64,000 nt of DNA from Parasitella parasitica NRRL 2501 (Eukaryota > Fungi > Mucoromycota), in NCBI GenBank assembly GCA_025201805.1, contig MU619247.1:1-64000 (forward strand). The letters are read 5' to 3'. The position numbers and the translations under genes are program-made. This document shows, in pieces, positions 49,283 to 62,142 of the stretch (positions are counted from its first letter, which is position 1; each line of letters opens with the position of its first letter). A model generated the notes under the pieces. That model had not been told where the DNA came from, did not search any database, and worked only from the letters and a program-made list of their open reading frames with translations.

Positions 49283-50169
49283 ATGAACAAAACCACTAGA
49301 AAGTGAGTAACGTTGAAATTGTTCCATGATACACAAAAGCTGACACTTGGGTAATTTTTTTATAGACAAACCGATCTACCTAATCCAGACCCATCACACA
49401 CATTCTTGATGCATCTGCCAAGTCAAACGCAACAAGAGAGCAGCACTGAACTTATATCATCCTTGTTGGAAAAACGAGTAAGCAGCCACATTTATTTTTT
49501 TGCTGTATACACATCTAATTAATTTTGCTGCTGCTGCTGTGTTGATAGGGACCTCCTCGACCAATTAAATCTAAATCTGTGGGTCATTTACCTTTAGACG
49601 AGGAGGAAACCAACCCAATAGAATTGCGATTGTCTGCTATGGAAGATCGGCTACAGCAGTTGGAACGCAAAAATGACACACTACTACCGCAACATCAACC
49701 AATGAAACCAAATCAACAACAGATGCACCAGCAGCATGATTCAGGCAGTCCACATGATTCTGTCGATGATGGCAACTACAAGGATAAATACTTGTCACTA
49801 TTAGAAATGTACAATAAACTCCAGCTTGGGCTGAGAGACAAAGAGTTTTATTATCAGCAAGAAATAAAGCGACTTCTAAAAGACCAGGATCGCCAAAAGA
49901 CAGAGGAAAGGGAAGGTTACAGAAAAGAAAACGTTATAACAAAAAAGCAGAATCACCTAAAGACAGAGGAAAACGTCAGGGAAGAAAAGCAGGAAGCTTA
50001 CTGGATAGAGGACGGCTACATCATCTTTTTTAGTGTCGGCATCAATGGCGACAGTGTAAAATGCAAAGCCAGGATACCTCCCAGAAATCTTGACACACCT
50101 CCTGCCTCGATAACTAGCTCTCCAAAAAGGGGTTTAAACCCAAAAGCCTCTATCTACCTGCCAAATTAA
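49283..50169 (+). CDS. Hypothetical coiled-coil protein with C-terminal PAM2-like motif, three exons
   Basis: In-frame splicing MNKTTRK|QTDLP...LEKR|GPPRP...; coiled coils; ends KRGLNPKASIYLPN. Confidence 0.72.
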
Positions 50170-50543
50170 CGTGTAAATATACAGCAATAAATAATAAATC
50201 AATATTCTATAAATACGCATTCATCTTGAAATTAATCTATCCATTGTACTTGTACAATGAAAACCTCAATATACACAGTTCGGCTAATAAATAATACAAC
50301 CAAAATACATTGTCGTATTAGGCAATGATAATAACTGTCGGCTAACCTTGATTGACACCCAAAACATATAACTGCAAAAGAACCATTTAATACTATTGCC
50401 TCCAGTTAAAATTTACCATGAGATTATACCTACTATGAAGACGAAAAGTATAATACCTATTTAATTAAAATGTTTCCGTGCCACTGCAATATTTTTAACT
50501 TGTCCATCATTAAAAATCCATTGGTTTGAAAAGTTGTTTACTT

Positions 50544-50908
50544 GTGCTGGATTTATTTGGGCTAATACGGAGAGCATGTATTGAAGCGTCTTTGATAACT
50601 TGATAAGGTCATCGTCAAGATACTTATCGTCAGCTATAGTGATGTCGTCTTTTCCAAGCCAAGTTCCTTACTGCATATTTTCAAACATTGTGTTGGCCCC
50701 CCTGTCGCTTTTCTTGATCTTCTTTCCATTGCTTCTAAACTTCTGTCCTCGTTTCTACCCCATTTAAAGTCATATTGTGTAATCGGATCATGTTGGTAAT
50801 CTATGTATCGATAGAGCTTTTTTCTTTCTTGCTATATTTATCCAAATATTCTTCCACCTCTTCGGGAATGTTTGGGTAAGCCTTGTGAACGAAATGATTT
50901 AATCCCAT
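50544..50908 (-). pseudogene. Frameshifted remnant of a multicopy mucoralean uncharacterised protein family (restriction-endonuclease-like motif spacing)
   Basis: Fragments NHFVHKAYPNIPEEVEEYLDKY; DPITQYDFKW; RNEDRSLEAMERRSRKATG...KICSKELG/GKDDITIADDKYLDDDLIKLSKTLQYML across frameshifts. Confidence 0.55.
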
Positions 50909-52973
50909 TTACTTCAGCAATTGTGAAGTAGCTTTTTCAATTAGGATCATCCGTTTCAAAGATCATCGAATGCACAGGGCAATACCTTCTTTAGATATAT
51001 AAAAACCAATGAGATCAATGTTATGTTTGAGCAGGCTGTACTTGTTCGAGTTCGATGTGAGATTGATGTCTCGGGATCGGTTAAGCACCATTTTCGGCTT
51101 TTCGAGGATTCACAAAGCCTGTCTCCTTATCGAGAATTGTATGGACAAGGCTCAAATCACGCTGATTATAGCAAAATTTTCCAGCCAACTTCTTCATTCC
51201 ATGATAAAACAACTTAACCTGTTACCTAAGTTGGATCGTATGGTTGAGACCATATTTGAAATGGATTTTGACATTATCTTTTGCAGGGGAATTGACCACA
51301 TCATGGCAAGTACGTTATTGCGTTTTTTTTAGGCCATACAATACGCTGGTGAAGAGCGGTAATACACGTTTACTTGCATATCATGAAAGAAAGATGATAA
51401 TTTAACAAGGTATTGTACAAAAGAAAGAATGCTGGTCAAATAGACAGTTTTGTTGAAAAAGACATTTGGTGGACGAGGGAAAGAAAAGGAAGCTGATGAT
51501 AAATCTATGATCCCTGACTCATCCAAAGTAATTATTCCTCCCCAGAAGACTTCTCTTTCAAATGATTGTTAAGTTGAGACTTACAGATATTGAAATCTCT
51601 TATGAACGATAATAATTTTTGGTTTACAACAAATATATTTTGATAAGTCGATTATTATTGTTTTCTTTCAGTAGCAGCCAAAGATCAACAACTTTACTAA
51701 TTAGGATATCGGTCCGCCAAGTCCGTGTTATTCAAGACCAGTCTTTTCACCTAGTCCATTTATCACCGTTTCAAAGTCTAATGTATCGCAAGCTTCAGAC
51801 TCTAGAGATGATTCGCCTTGTTGGTAGTAAATGTGGACAAGAAAATCGGCTTCCACCAGGTAAGATTCCACTTGTCGATCTGTTTGTTGCATTAGCAAAT
51901 GCGGCCACATGTCAAACGACTTTTTCTGGAGGGTCAGCTCGACTACATTTCTATGGAATGAAGAGCTGTTGTGTTTGCAAGGCTCGTTCACATCAGCCAT
52001 GTGCTCTAAATCACGCTATGTTGGACTTTTAGTGCCATGTATACACTTTGCATTTGATGATGGGACACAGTACCTGCTGGAGATGAATACTGCCATACAG
52101 TGGTAAAGTGATTGTTTTTGATCTATTCAAAAGTTTTAGGTACCTTTCTGACAGTACAATTTGCACATCGTTCTATGTAGCAAAAGGGGTCAATGTTTTA
52201 CGTCTGCTGTGCATCGTTAGTCGTCTTACAATATTAATTTGTAAAGTAATTGATTTCATTGTTTGCTTCCAGACGATGGTAGATGGTATAACGTTTGTAC
52301 GTACAGACATGCTATAAGTGCTGCTATTTGTAGAGCTCAAGTCCATCAACATCATAAAGGTTATTCTTGGTTGGTTTGTAGGGGAAAGTATATACAGTAG
52401 GGGAAAAAAATATATTATAAAGTGTGGAAAGAAGAGGATTTACTACGAGATAGACGCTATTGTATTTATACCATATCCTAATAAAAACAGGGATTATTTG
52501 TTGGTAACAAGAACAAATTTCATATATTTTCGGCCCGCATGAGGAGTTGGTACCTAACTCGAGAAAAATGTTACATTCACTCGCCCGCTTTCGGCGTGAA
52601 ATGAGCTTTTTGGCGATATATGCAAAGAGTACATCACTATACGCATGTCAGAACGGAGATCGGGAGGCATATCTCATGGTGCAGTGGATAATCTGGGTAA
52701 TAAATGTGATGCGATGATCTGCGAACCCTCCATAACACTAAATCAATGCTTTACTAAAGAGGTTGATTTCGCTATAAAACACCGAGAATGGCGAAAAACT
52801 CCTTTAAGGCATTGTTTGTCTATAAGAAAACAGTGTTTATTTTCAGGTTCAAATTGTCCAAAATATATGTATATAAATATTGAATTTTGAATATTGTCGA
52901 TAGCAAGGTACGGTATGTGTGAGTGTGTGTGCGAGTGTGTGTGTGAGTGTGTGTGATTCATAACTAGCAAAAG

Positions 52974-55665
52974 CTAGAATTTCTAAATGACGATAGTTAG
53001 CACACTTTTTATATGTTAGCATTTAGTGATATTTACCCAGTCGTCAGGAATGGTTTGAGCCCATCTAAATTTCTCCAGTAATGTTTTACTGAATACTTTT
53101 TCTTGCGGAACATTATGCTTTCTACACCAGGCGACAGTAATACGAGGGTCAATGTAATTCAATTTGGAAGTGCCCAAGGCAATTTCCTTATTTTCTTCTT
53201 TATCCGTAGCCTGGTTCTTGGTGGCAGCAATGCGGTCATCAATCTTGTGGATGGCAGTAACTAACTTTTCTACAGTCATATTCCCTTTAGGCTCAATCTT
53301 GTCCATTTTTCGCTCCTTCTTCAGGCGATCTTGAAGTTCGTTAACAGCCTTTAGCTTTTCTTTCAGTTCAGACTGAGGCATACGGGGTTGTTTATCCGCA
53401 ATCAGTTTATCATTTTGTTTTTCAAATCTCGATTTGATCTTTTCCTTTTCTTTCTCTACTAAATTGGCTTCGTGCGTGATGATCCACTCGTCCTCAAGAT
53501 CAGACTCTGCCTCTGCAAACTCCCCCTTCTTTTTCATTTTGGGTTCCAAGGCGTACAGCTGTTTTCGAAGCTTCATTCGTTGATACTTTAATGCTTTGAT
53601 GCGGTCGCCAATCTTGGAGATCATTTGCTCGTGCGTTTTGGATGCTGATTTTTGATGGTTACACAGTACAGCTACTTGACGATTGGCACGATTGTACGAT
53701 AAAAGTTTATCAGCAACAGAGTCGTTTGGCTTGGTCAATTCATCGACTTCCTGCTGGAAAGTGATAGAGGCATTGTATGTACGGAATACCTTGGCAGATA
53801 AACCCTTCATATAGCTATTCAGATGCTTGTTGAGGCCCGTAGTCGTCAGTCGATCAAAAATCATTTCACCCTCGCCAACCTGCTTTTTGAAAATCTTGAT
53901 GTTTTTGTAAACTTGAGACTCGACTTGAACAGAGTTTTCGTAACGAATCGAGTCTTTACCCAAGAAGTCGAAATGTAGTGTATTATCAGGCTCCAAAGTG
54001 ATGTGCTCGTAGCGAAGAGAACAACAACCAACAGTATCTGCCTCGTCTTCACCCTTTTCATTACCAGCTCTCAAAGCCAATCTATCAATCAAATACATGG
54101 CAGTGGCGCGCTGACGTACTTCACTCAGCTTGTCTTTCAGGTCTCTGCTGTAATCGTTACGAATCCTGACAACGTGTTTCTACAAGGTGAATGAGCACAT
54201 ATGCTTCCAATCTGCCTGAGCGAATAGTTACCTTTAATTCCCTCGCCTTTTCGAATTTCTGCATGTCGCTTTGTCCCTTCCAGGTAGAGGTAGCAGCCAA
54301 AAAGACATACTTGATAGAACCGTTTATGTTTTCCTTCCAAGTAGCTAACCAAGTTGCAGTCTGGTCATGTACAACAGAAGCCCATTTATGGCCCTTGGGA
54401 GGCTCAGGGATCTTTGCATTGACACCCAGATTGAGAGTAACCTGCTCAGGCTGAACACGTCTCTTGAGTTTACCTGTCTTGGGATGGGTTCCTCTTCCAC
54501 GAAATAATCCTGGAGGTTCGATTCTAAAATTACCGACCTTTTCCTTGCGGCCGTCAACGAGGGCATAGATGTAGGGCTCTTCTGCCTTGACTTTTTCCTC
54601 TTTGATTCTCTATTGCGGCCATGTAAATAACATGATCCAGGAAAATAAAATCACACAATTTGCAGACACAGGATGCTTACCAGTTTATCCTCTTTGGTCA
54701 TTGTCTTTTTATTTTCCTTGTCTTGCTCGAATTTGTTCCAGATAGGCCTGAAATCACATTTGCTGAATTCCTTGATTTTGGGATTCTTTAACGAGTAGAT
54801 TAGCAGCCTCTTCCATATCATTTAGATTACGACTTACCGTGGGGTCTTGCTTCAAGATTTCTTGCCAATCATTAAAAAAGTTCTTTTGGAAAACAGGATT
54901 TTGACCGTGATCCGTATCCATCAAGGCAGCAAAGAAAGAGGCAACCTCTTCGGCTTCAGGGCTCAAAGTAATCGGTTGGCCATCGTACTTCATCTTGACA
55001 CCATGAGGGATGTATTCAGGAGGGAACATGACGCCGTTGTGTTGAAGAGTTGCCCATTTAACGGAATCATCCGTCTCGATCTCTGTGCTTTGCTCCTCTT
55101 CCCACCACTTGTAAAAGTCGGGGTCGTCGGCCTCCTTCTTGACTTTCTTTTCGGGCTTCACAGGCGTTACTTTGCTATCTGCCTGTCGTTTTCTAGAAGG
55201 TTTGTCCACTTCCATTGGCTCGGATTTCGCCTTTTTTAATGCTTTCTTTTTCTGGGCCTGTAAAATGAGAAATTTAATTTAAAATAACTTTCCAAATTTG
55301 AAATGATATTTGTTTACCAAAGGTATTTCGTCCTCACTCTCGCTTTTGATTTCTGGTTTGAGAGCTTTGGCAAACGCTGGCACATTTGGTTTGCGTTCAT
55401 TGGTCTGGTTCCGCTTTGCCAATGGCATATTGTCATCCTCGCTACTCATTTCTTCTGTTTTTACTTTAACAACGCGCTTTTTACGCCCCATTTTTTGAGA
55501 AAGAGGCACATCATCCTCATCGTCGCTGCTGCTTTGCTTGGCTGGCGTGGGGGCTGATGGCTTTTTGATAGGGGCTCGTTGAGCCAGTGGGATATCGTCC
55601 TCATCGCTACTTTGGTAAGAAGGCACATCGATCTTATTGCCACCCGCTACTTTTTGTTTAGACAT
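52974..55665 (-). CDS. TOP1: DNA topoisomerase I (type IB)
   Basis: [14 protein letters not shown]; EEVASFFA; [14 protein letters not shown]; DTVGCCSLR; [10 protein letters not shown]; catalytic SKLNY; 9-nt terminal exon 52974-52982 restores the canonical DDW|KF* end. Confidence 0.97.
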
Positions 55666-55891
55666 TTTAGAGGAAAAAAATATGTTAAAATGCATTACCT
55701 GGCTTGTGTGGGCTCGTCATTTTCAATCAAGTGTTTTATTCAAGAGAAAAAAAAAAACAAAAAAAAGGTGTGCAGAAATCCATTCTCTTTGAGATTTATA
55801 GAATAATTTTCTTTGTCTCTTGAAAAAAACAAAGTCATTTGCCCATGTAGCGGTTATCTAATGAACAACGTTGCTATAAATGAATGCGTTA

Positions 55892-56795
<904 letters not shown>

Positions 56796-58203
56796 GTCTC
56801 GTTATTGTGAAGAAGCAACGTACTGGAGATAGAAATAGATAAATGTGCACACGACACATTCAACGGTCTTTTAAAATACAGTAAGCAGTGAAGTCGAAAG
56901 GTGCACCGAAAACCTTTGTCAAATCGTATAGACTGATATTGTGCCTTTCTCTGACTTTGGGAAGTTGAGATACACTGAAAGGAATGTATTATATTTCAAG
57001 TAATTTTTTTTAGACATTTGGTCAAATCCTGAAACTGTCTGTAAGTGCAGGTCTTTATGTCATTCTCAATCTGTTACGTCTAGCTAGCTAACTGATGTAG
57101 CTAGTCAGCATGGGATATCTGCCTGAACTCTAAGACCTTACTCACATTCTTATTCTCTCTTTTTTGGAGTTTGGTTCTATAAGGAGTACGGCAAGTATAA
57201 CTTTCCCTCTTTCCCTCTAATGTGAATACGGGGCCGGATACAACGTGGACATTCGAGAAAGAGGCAGTTGTATCAAAAGGAAAATGTGGACATTCGGAAA
57301 TGTGGAAAGCGCTCTTTCTTACGATACATTTAAACAAGATATTACAACACGTTTGTAAACAATAGACTACCCAATGTTTAGTAAAATTTACTGTGTCAAT
57401 ATCGTTTTACTTTGCAAGAATATGCAGTTTCTGGGTATTTAATCAAGAACACTTTGACATATTATGACCATATTAAGGCACTATTTGTACAAAGCATAGA
57501 CTTTTAATCAAAAAATAAATAAAAAAATTACTGTACCGTATGCCATCAGATGCCGCATTCAACAATATACAAACATACTTTCAACTTTTTTAATGACACT
57601 GACGAAAAAGTGTCAAAATCAGGATACAGAATGCTTGCAAAGAAGATTCAGCAGAATAAAATATCAAATGAAACGGATTTAACATGGCTATAATGTTTCA
57701 GAGATTTCAAAATAGCTTTAATCATCGAAACTAGTGGAATAAAGCCGTAGATTATAGCACCAATAACATTTTATTAACTAGATCTTCATTGATCTTTTGA
57801 AGTATCTCCAGTGTTCTCTTCTCAATATTTCTGGAGCTTCTGTACAAGATTTATTTCTTCTTGCAAAGAGCAAATGCTTCAATAAACACGTTTGCCCTCT
57901 TATACTCCTCAACTTACGTTGAACAACCTCATTGAGACCAGTAAATTAATTTGTGGATTTTAAAAGGTGGTCTTTCAAGAGGGACAGACACAGATTGTTG
58001 GTTGTATTGGCCTCCCATGTTTATGTACCATCTGCAAGGATTTAGGAAATAGAATTTTGACTAGATCCGCCGCACCCGAACTCGGATGTCACGTTTGCGG
58101 GTTGTGCGGCCAAGTAACCTGTGTAAGCAAGCCTAGAGAGGAAAGATACGCATGGAGCAGACAGTGGCAAAAAGTAATCGCATCCTCTTTCGAACTGACC
58201 AAT

Positions 58204-58879
58204 ATGGTATGTATAACTTGAAGTCTATTACAGATAATTATCGATTAAAAAGCAAAACAACATACTGGAAGCTCGATTAAATGGAATCACAGACGGATGG
58301 ATGGATGTGGAAAAACGATGCTACAGCATGCGAGCCTCAAGATCTAGTGTGCCCAACCAAGGCAAAGCTACAAAATCCAACAAACCCAGTTTGCCTTCTT
58401 CTATCTAGTTTCTCGCTCGCCAACTTGTTGTTTTGCTTTTGATCGAGACTGTCATTAGGAAACATTAACTAATATACACTGACATGTAGGCCGACCTTGC
58501 TGTCACTATCAGAACTCGCAAGTTCCTCACCAACCGTTTGCTCCAACGTAAGCAAATGGTTGTCGATGTCATCCACCCTGGACTCGCCAACGTCTCCAAG
58601 GATGAGCTCCGTTCCAAGATTGGTAAGATGTACAAGGCCGAGAAGGAAGTTGTCTCTGTCTTTGGTTTCAAAACCCACTTTGGTGGTGGAAAGACCACTG
58701 GGTTTGCTTTGATCTACGATAATGTTGAAGCTTTAAAGAAGTTCGAGCCCAAGCACCGTCTTGTCCGCATCGGCCTTGCTGAAGCTCCCAAGGGTGGTCG
58801 TAAGCAACGCAAAGAAAAGAAGAACCGCGAGAAGAAGTTCCGTGGTGTCAGAAAGTCCAAGAAGCCCAGAAAGGAGTAA
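58204..58879 (+). CDS. RPS24: 40S ribosomal protein S24 (eS24); exon 1 is the ATG alone, intron 58207-58489
   Basis: M|[31 protein letters not shown]...[20 protein letters not shown]; strong codon bias. Confidence 0.97.
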
Positions 58880-60335
58880 ATCTTTTAAAAAACGCACTCT
58901 TTTTATTAAAACTGAAGAAAATGCCATGTTTCTTTTAACTTGTAAAGCTAGTTGAGTGTCGCGTTTGTATTATCAGCCGTGTTGATTGATGATGAAAGAA
59001 CTGATGTCCTTTTAGTGAAGCATTTGGCGTTTTGGGTCCAAAGCCTGTTGTGGCGAGCAAGCATAAGAGTCATTTGGCATATAGCCACTGAGCATTTTAA
59101 TTCAAAAAGCCTTGCGCAACAAATGAACAATGTAACGAAATGTAAAATCTACGCGACTAGACCAGCATCTTGAGCTTGTTAAACAACCTAGATCCACATA
59201 AGAACGCTGTGAAACTTGAGAAACAGCTTGGTCTTCTAGTCACTCGAATGTAAACAATCACACTACAAAAGCCCAGACCTGGGTACAAGATACAATGGCA
59301 AGTGGTATGTTGCAGGCATCAAAGATTTGTCAATGTGCCACTAAAGTGGCATAAACAACAGCTGCTTTAAAGAGCGACTCAAACAAAGGACTATGCTTGT
59401 TAAGCAAGCCAAGATTTAAGGTGAATATGACCATAAGGAACTGCTCCAACAAGTTAAATGCAGTCCTACGAATGGTCATCAGCGACATATATGATCTAAT
59501 GTTCTTCTGAGAGCTTTTTGCATGCATTTCATCATGGATTTTGAAACTGATGGGGTGGACTGTGCGGTGTTGATTGGGCCAAACATATATTTTCGTAAGA
59601 CTTTACGAATCAGGCAACCCCACAATGGTCAGTTGGAAGCCCAAGATACTTCTTTCTTTGAAGCAGACAGCAGCTTACTCCTTAAATGCATTTCTGGAAT
59701 AGATACAGTCCCATTGACCAGTATCGCAAAACCCGTGTGCCTTCATAGAATGCTTGCATTTACAGTAAAAATTAGGCTTTTTATAAGACATTAAAGCATA
59801 ATTCAGATAAACATGGCAGCTTACATAACATATTGTTCATCTGCACAACGATTGTTCACAGTTGCACAAATTGTTGTCATAGAAATCGCGAGTCATGCCA
59901 TCAGATTTTTTAATTTTAGCAATATGTATTGTATGTAACACGTATACAGTATTCTTTGATCTAAGATGCCATTTTTGCTAGCATCAACTACAGTATATGG
60001 AAATGCCTTTTTAAGCAGAGTTTAAACGATTTTCGCTGTGATGAAATTGGAACCCATTCCACGGCATGAGACTCAAATCAATTTTTTCTTGTTACACTGT
60101 CCAAATACACAAAGTACAATTCGTTGCATTGAAACAAAAGACAGATAGACAACTCCTAATGTATTCTAAATTTGTAAATGCTTTATTAAAGAGTATGTAT
60201 TAAAAAGAGTATGGGAAAAGGTATAATATGTGGTGTGCAGATAATGGGTCAATCATATCGTCAAATATTATGATAAAGTATAGTTTGACGAATATATGTG
60301 GATGCTGTTTAAAAACAGTAAGTAAATATTTTTGT

Positions 60336-60617
60336 CTAAGCACCAGTGTTGGTACAATCGTATCCAACTGGAATGACATTGCGTTGGCCACCGCAACTCA
60401 TAGGATCATAGTAATAACCGACAACATCAGGACATTTTGTTGTGCGAGTAGGGTCGTTCATGTATTTTTCAGTACTAATAGAAGCCAAAAACGAATCAAT
60501 AAAGGAGCGAGAGTTTGATGGAGCAATTGTGCTTGCTGTTGAAATACTGTCATCATTGCCTGACAATGTCTTTGTGGAGTTGGCTTTGCAGGATTTAAAG
60601 TGACTAAATAAACCCAT
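60336..60617 (-). CDS. Small hypothetical protein (93 aa), possible N-myristoylation
   Basis: ATG in an A-rich context (ATATAACAATG), preceded by a (CT)n tract and a TATAAATA box ~70 nt upstream; MGLFS start. Confidence 0.55.
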   Translation of the reverse strand: MGLFSHFKSCKANSTKTLSGNDDSISTASTIAPSNSRSFIDSFLASISTEKYMNDPTRTTKCPDVVGYYYDPMSCGGQRNVIPVGYDCTNTGA

Positions 60618-62142
60618 TGTTATATATTGCAGAGAGAGAGAGAGAGAGAGAGAAGTAATTGAGTAATACCATCAACTCATTTGTGTGTTGTATTTATACA
60701 AAAACTGTATCGGCTTAAACAGTTAGCCGCTAAACGTCAATTCTATGATGAATCACTCGAATTTATTAATTGGCGGAATAAAAAGGGATCAGCTCCAAAA
60801 CAGAAAATCCTACTATTTGGGTATTTTTCTCATAGCTTTTTGGATTTTCTAGAATAAGTGATTTGTGTCATGAGGATGACCGACTTTGCTTATATATGAA
60901 CGCGTCTATAACTTGACAAAAACTGCATTCTTTTGCAATCATAAATGTATTCAGCACTTCTTATGGCAGTCGGATTGAAACGGGCAAATTATCTAAATCA
61001 AAAATGCAAATCAAATCAAAATGTATTGAAACTCCAATAAAAGGGTCAAGCAGGATAACATTTTATCCGTAGCTTCTGGTAGTATGAAAAACAAGCCATG
61101 ATATCTGTATACTATTCATTATAAAATTATTTGAGAAAAAAAAATAAAAAATAAAAATAATAGTAATGAATTTTTGTGTATAATGTATATTTCAAGAATA
61201 ACTGTATATATACACTACCTCTCAATTCAAATGGTTTTATTGTCGCTCTTACGTTCAAGTCGAGCTGTTCCAAGTGGAACGTTCTCCTCGGTTTGTCTTT
61301 GTTTGGAAATACTCGCCTCTATTTTGAGCTTTACAAAATTCTTTACGTTACAACAGCTCCATTTATGATGCATATATTTGCAAACCATCAAGAAAACTTT
61401 ATAAGCATGAATAAACATTGGATTCTTGACTTGTTTTGCTTATTGCTGTTGAACCCGCAGTAGTAAGTCAATAATTAGGTTAACTGAGGGATGGCATTGT
61501 ATATAAGTTTAGCCTGACCAATAGCAAGCAAAGGATAATTGATTTGGTATTAATGTCAAATAGTCAGGTTGTAAAGGCGATTTGCAATCATTTAATCTTA
61601 TCCGTCCTATTTCTGATAAAGTTTTAGTCATTGTGGGTGGAAATGAAATTGTTTGTGATGAGATGAGTCTATTGTTTTTATAGCTACCTTTTGAAGTGAA
61701 TGTTAGATATAATGTAGAAAAATAATTAAGTACTCGGTATCGTGTTTATACCTAGTTGTGGCCATTAGACTAAGTTATCATCATATCTTGCTTTATGTCA
61801 AGGAAAATGGGCAGCCTTTGCTTCCATAAAGGGTTGACGAGACTAATGGCGAGGAGTAAACTTTGAATACAAACTTGATTTATTGTCTTGGCAACATTAA
61901 ATAAGCTTCTCCCCAAAATGATTGCACATAATAAGGGATAGCCTGATTTTGCAGTATCATTATTATTACCTGCATAAATGATATGTTTCTGGAAGTCCAA
62001 CGTATTGCATGTGCAGGTGGTGAGATGCATCGGCAACATTAATATCAATTTATTTTATAAATCAGAAATACCAAGAAATTGTTTTAATTTTTATTAGTGA
62101 TAACTATAGAGAGAATAAATACAAAAATTGAGCAAGACAAGC

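Noticed and set aside
58989-59090. Possible C/D box snoRNA (TGATGA...CTGA) downstream of RPS24
   Set aside because: No convincing terminal stem and no rRNA complementarity that I could recognise
59200-59800. Plus-strand coding-like remnant (PDLGTRYNGKWY... to ORF 59522-59794)
   Set aside because: Interrupted by several stops, no family recognised; possibly a pseudogene but unsupported without a search
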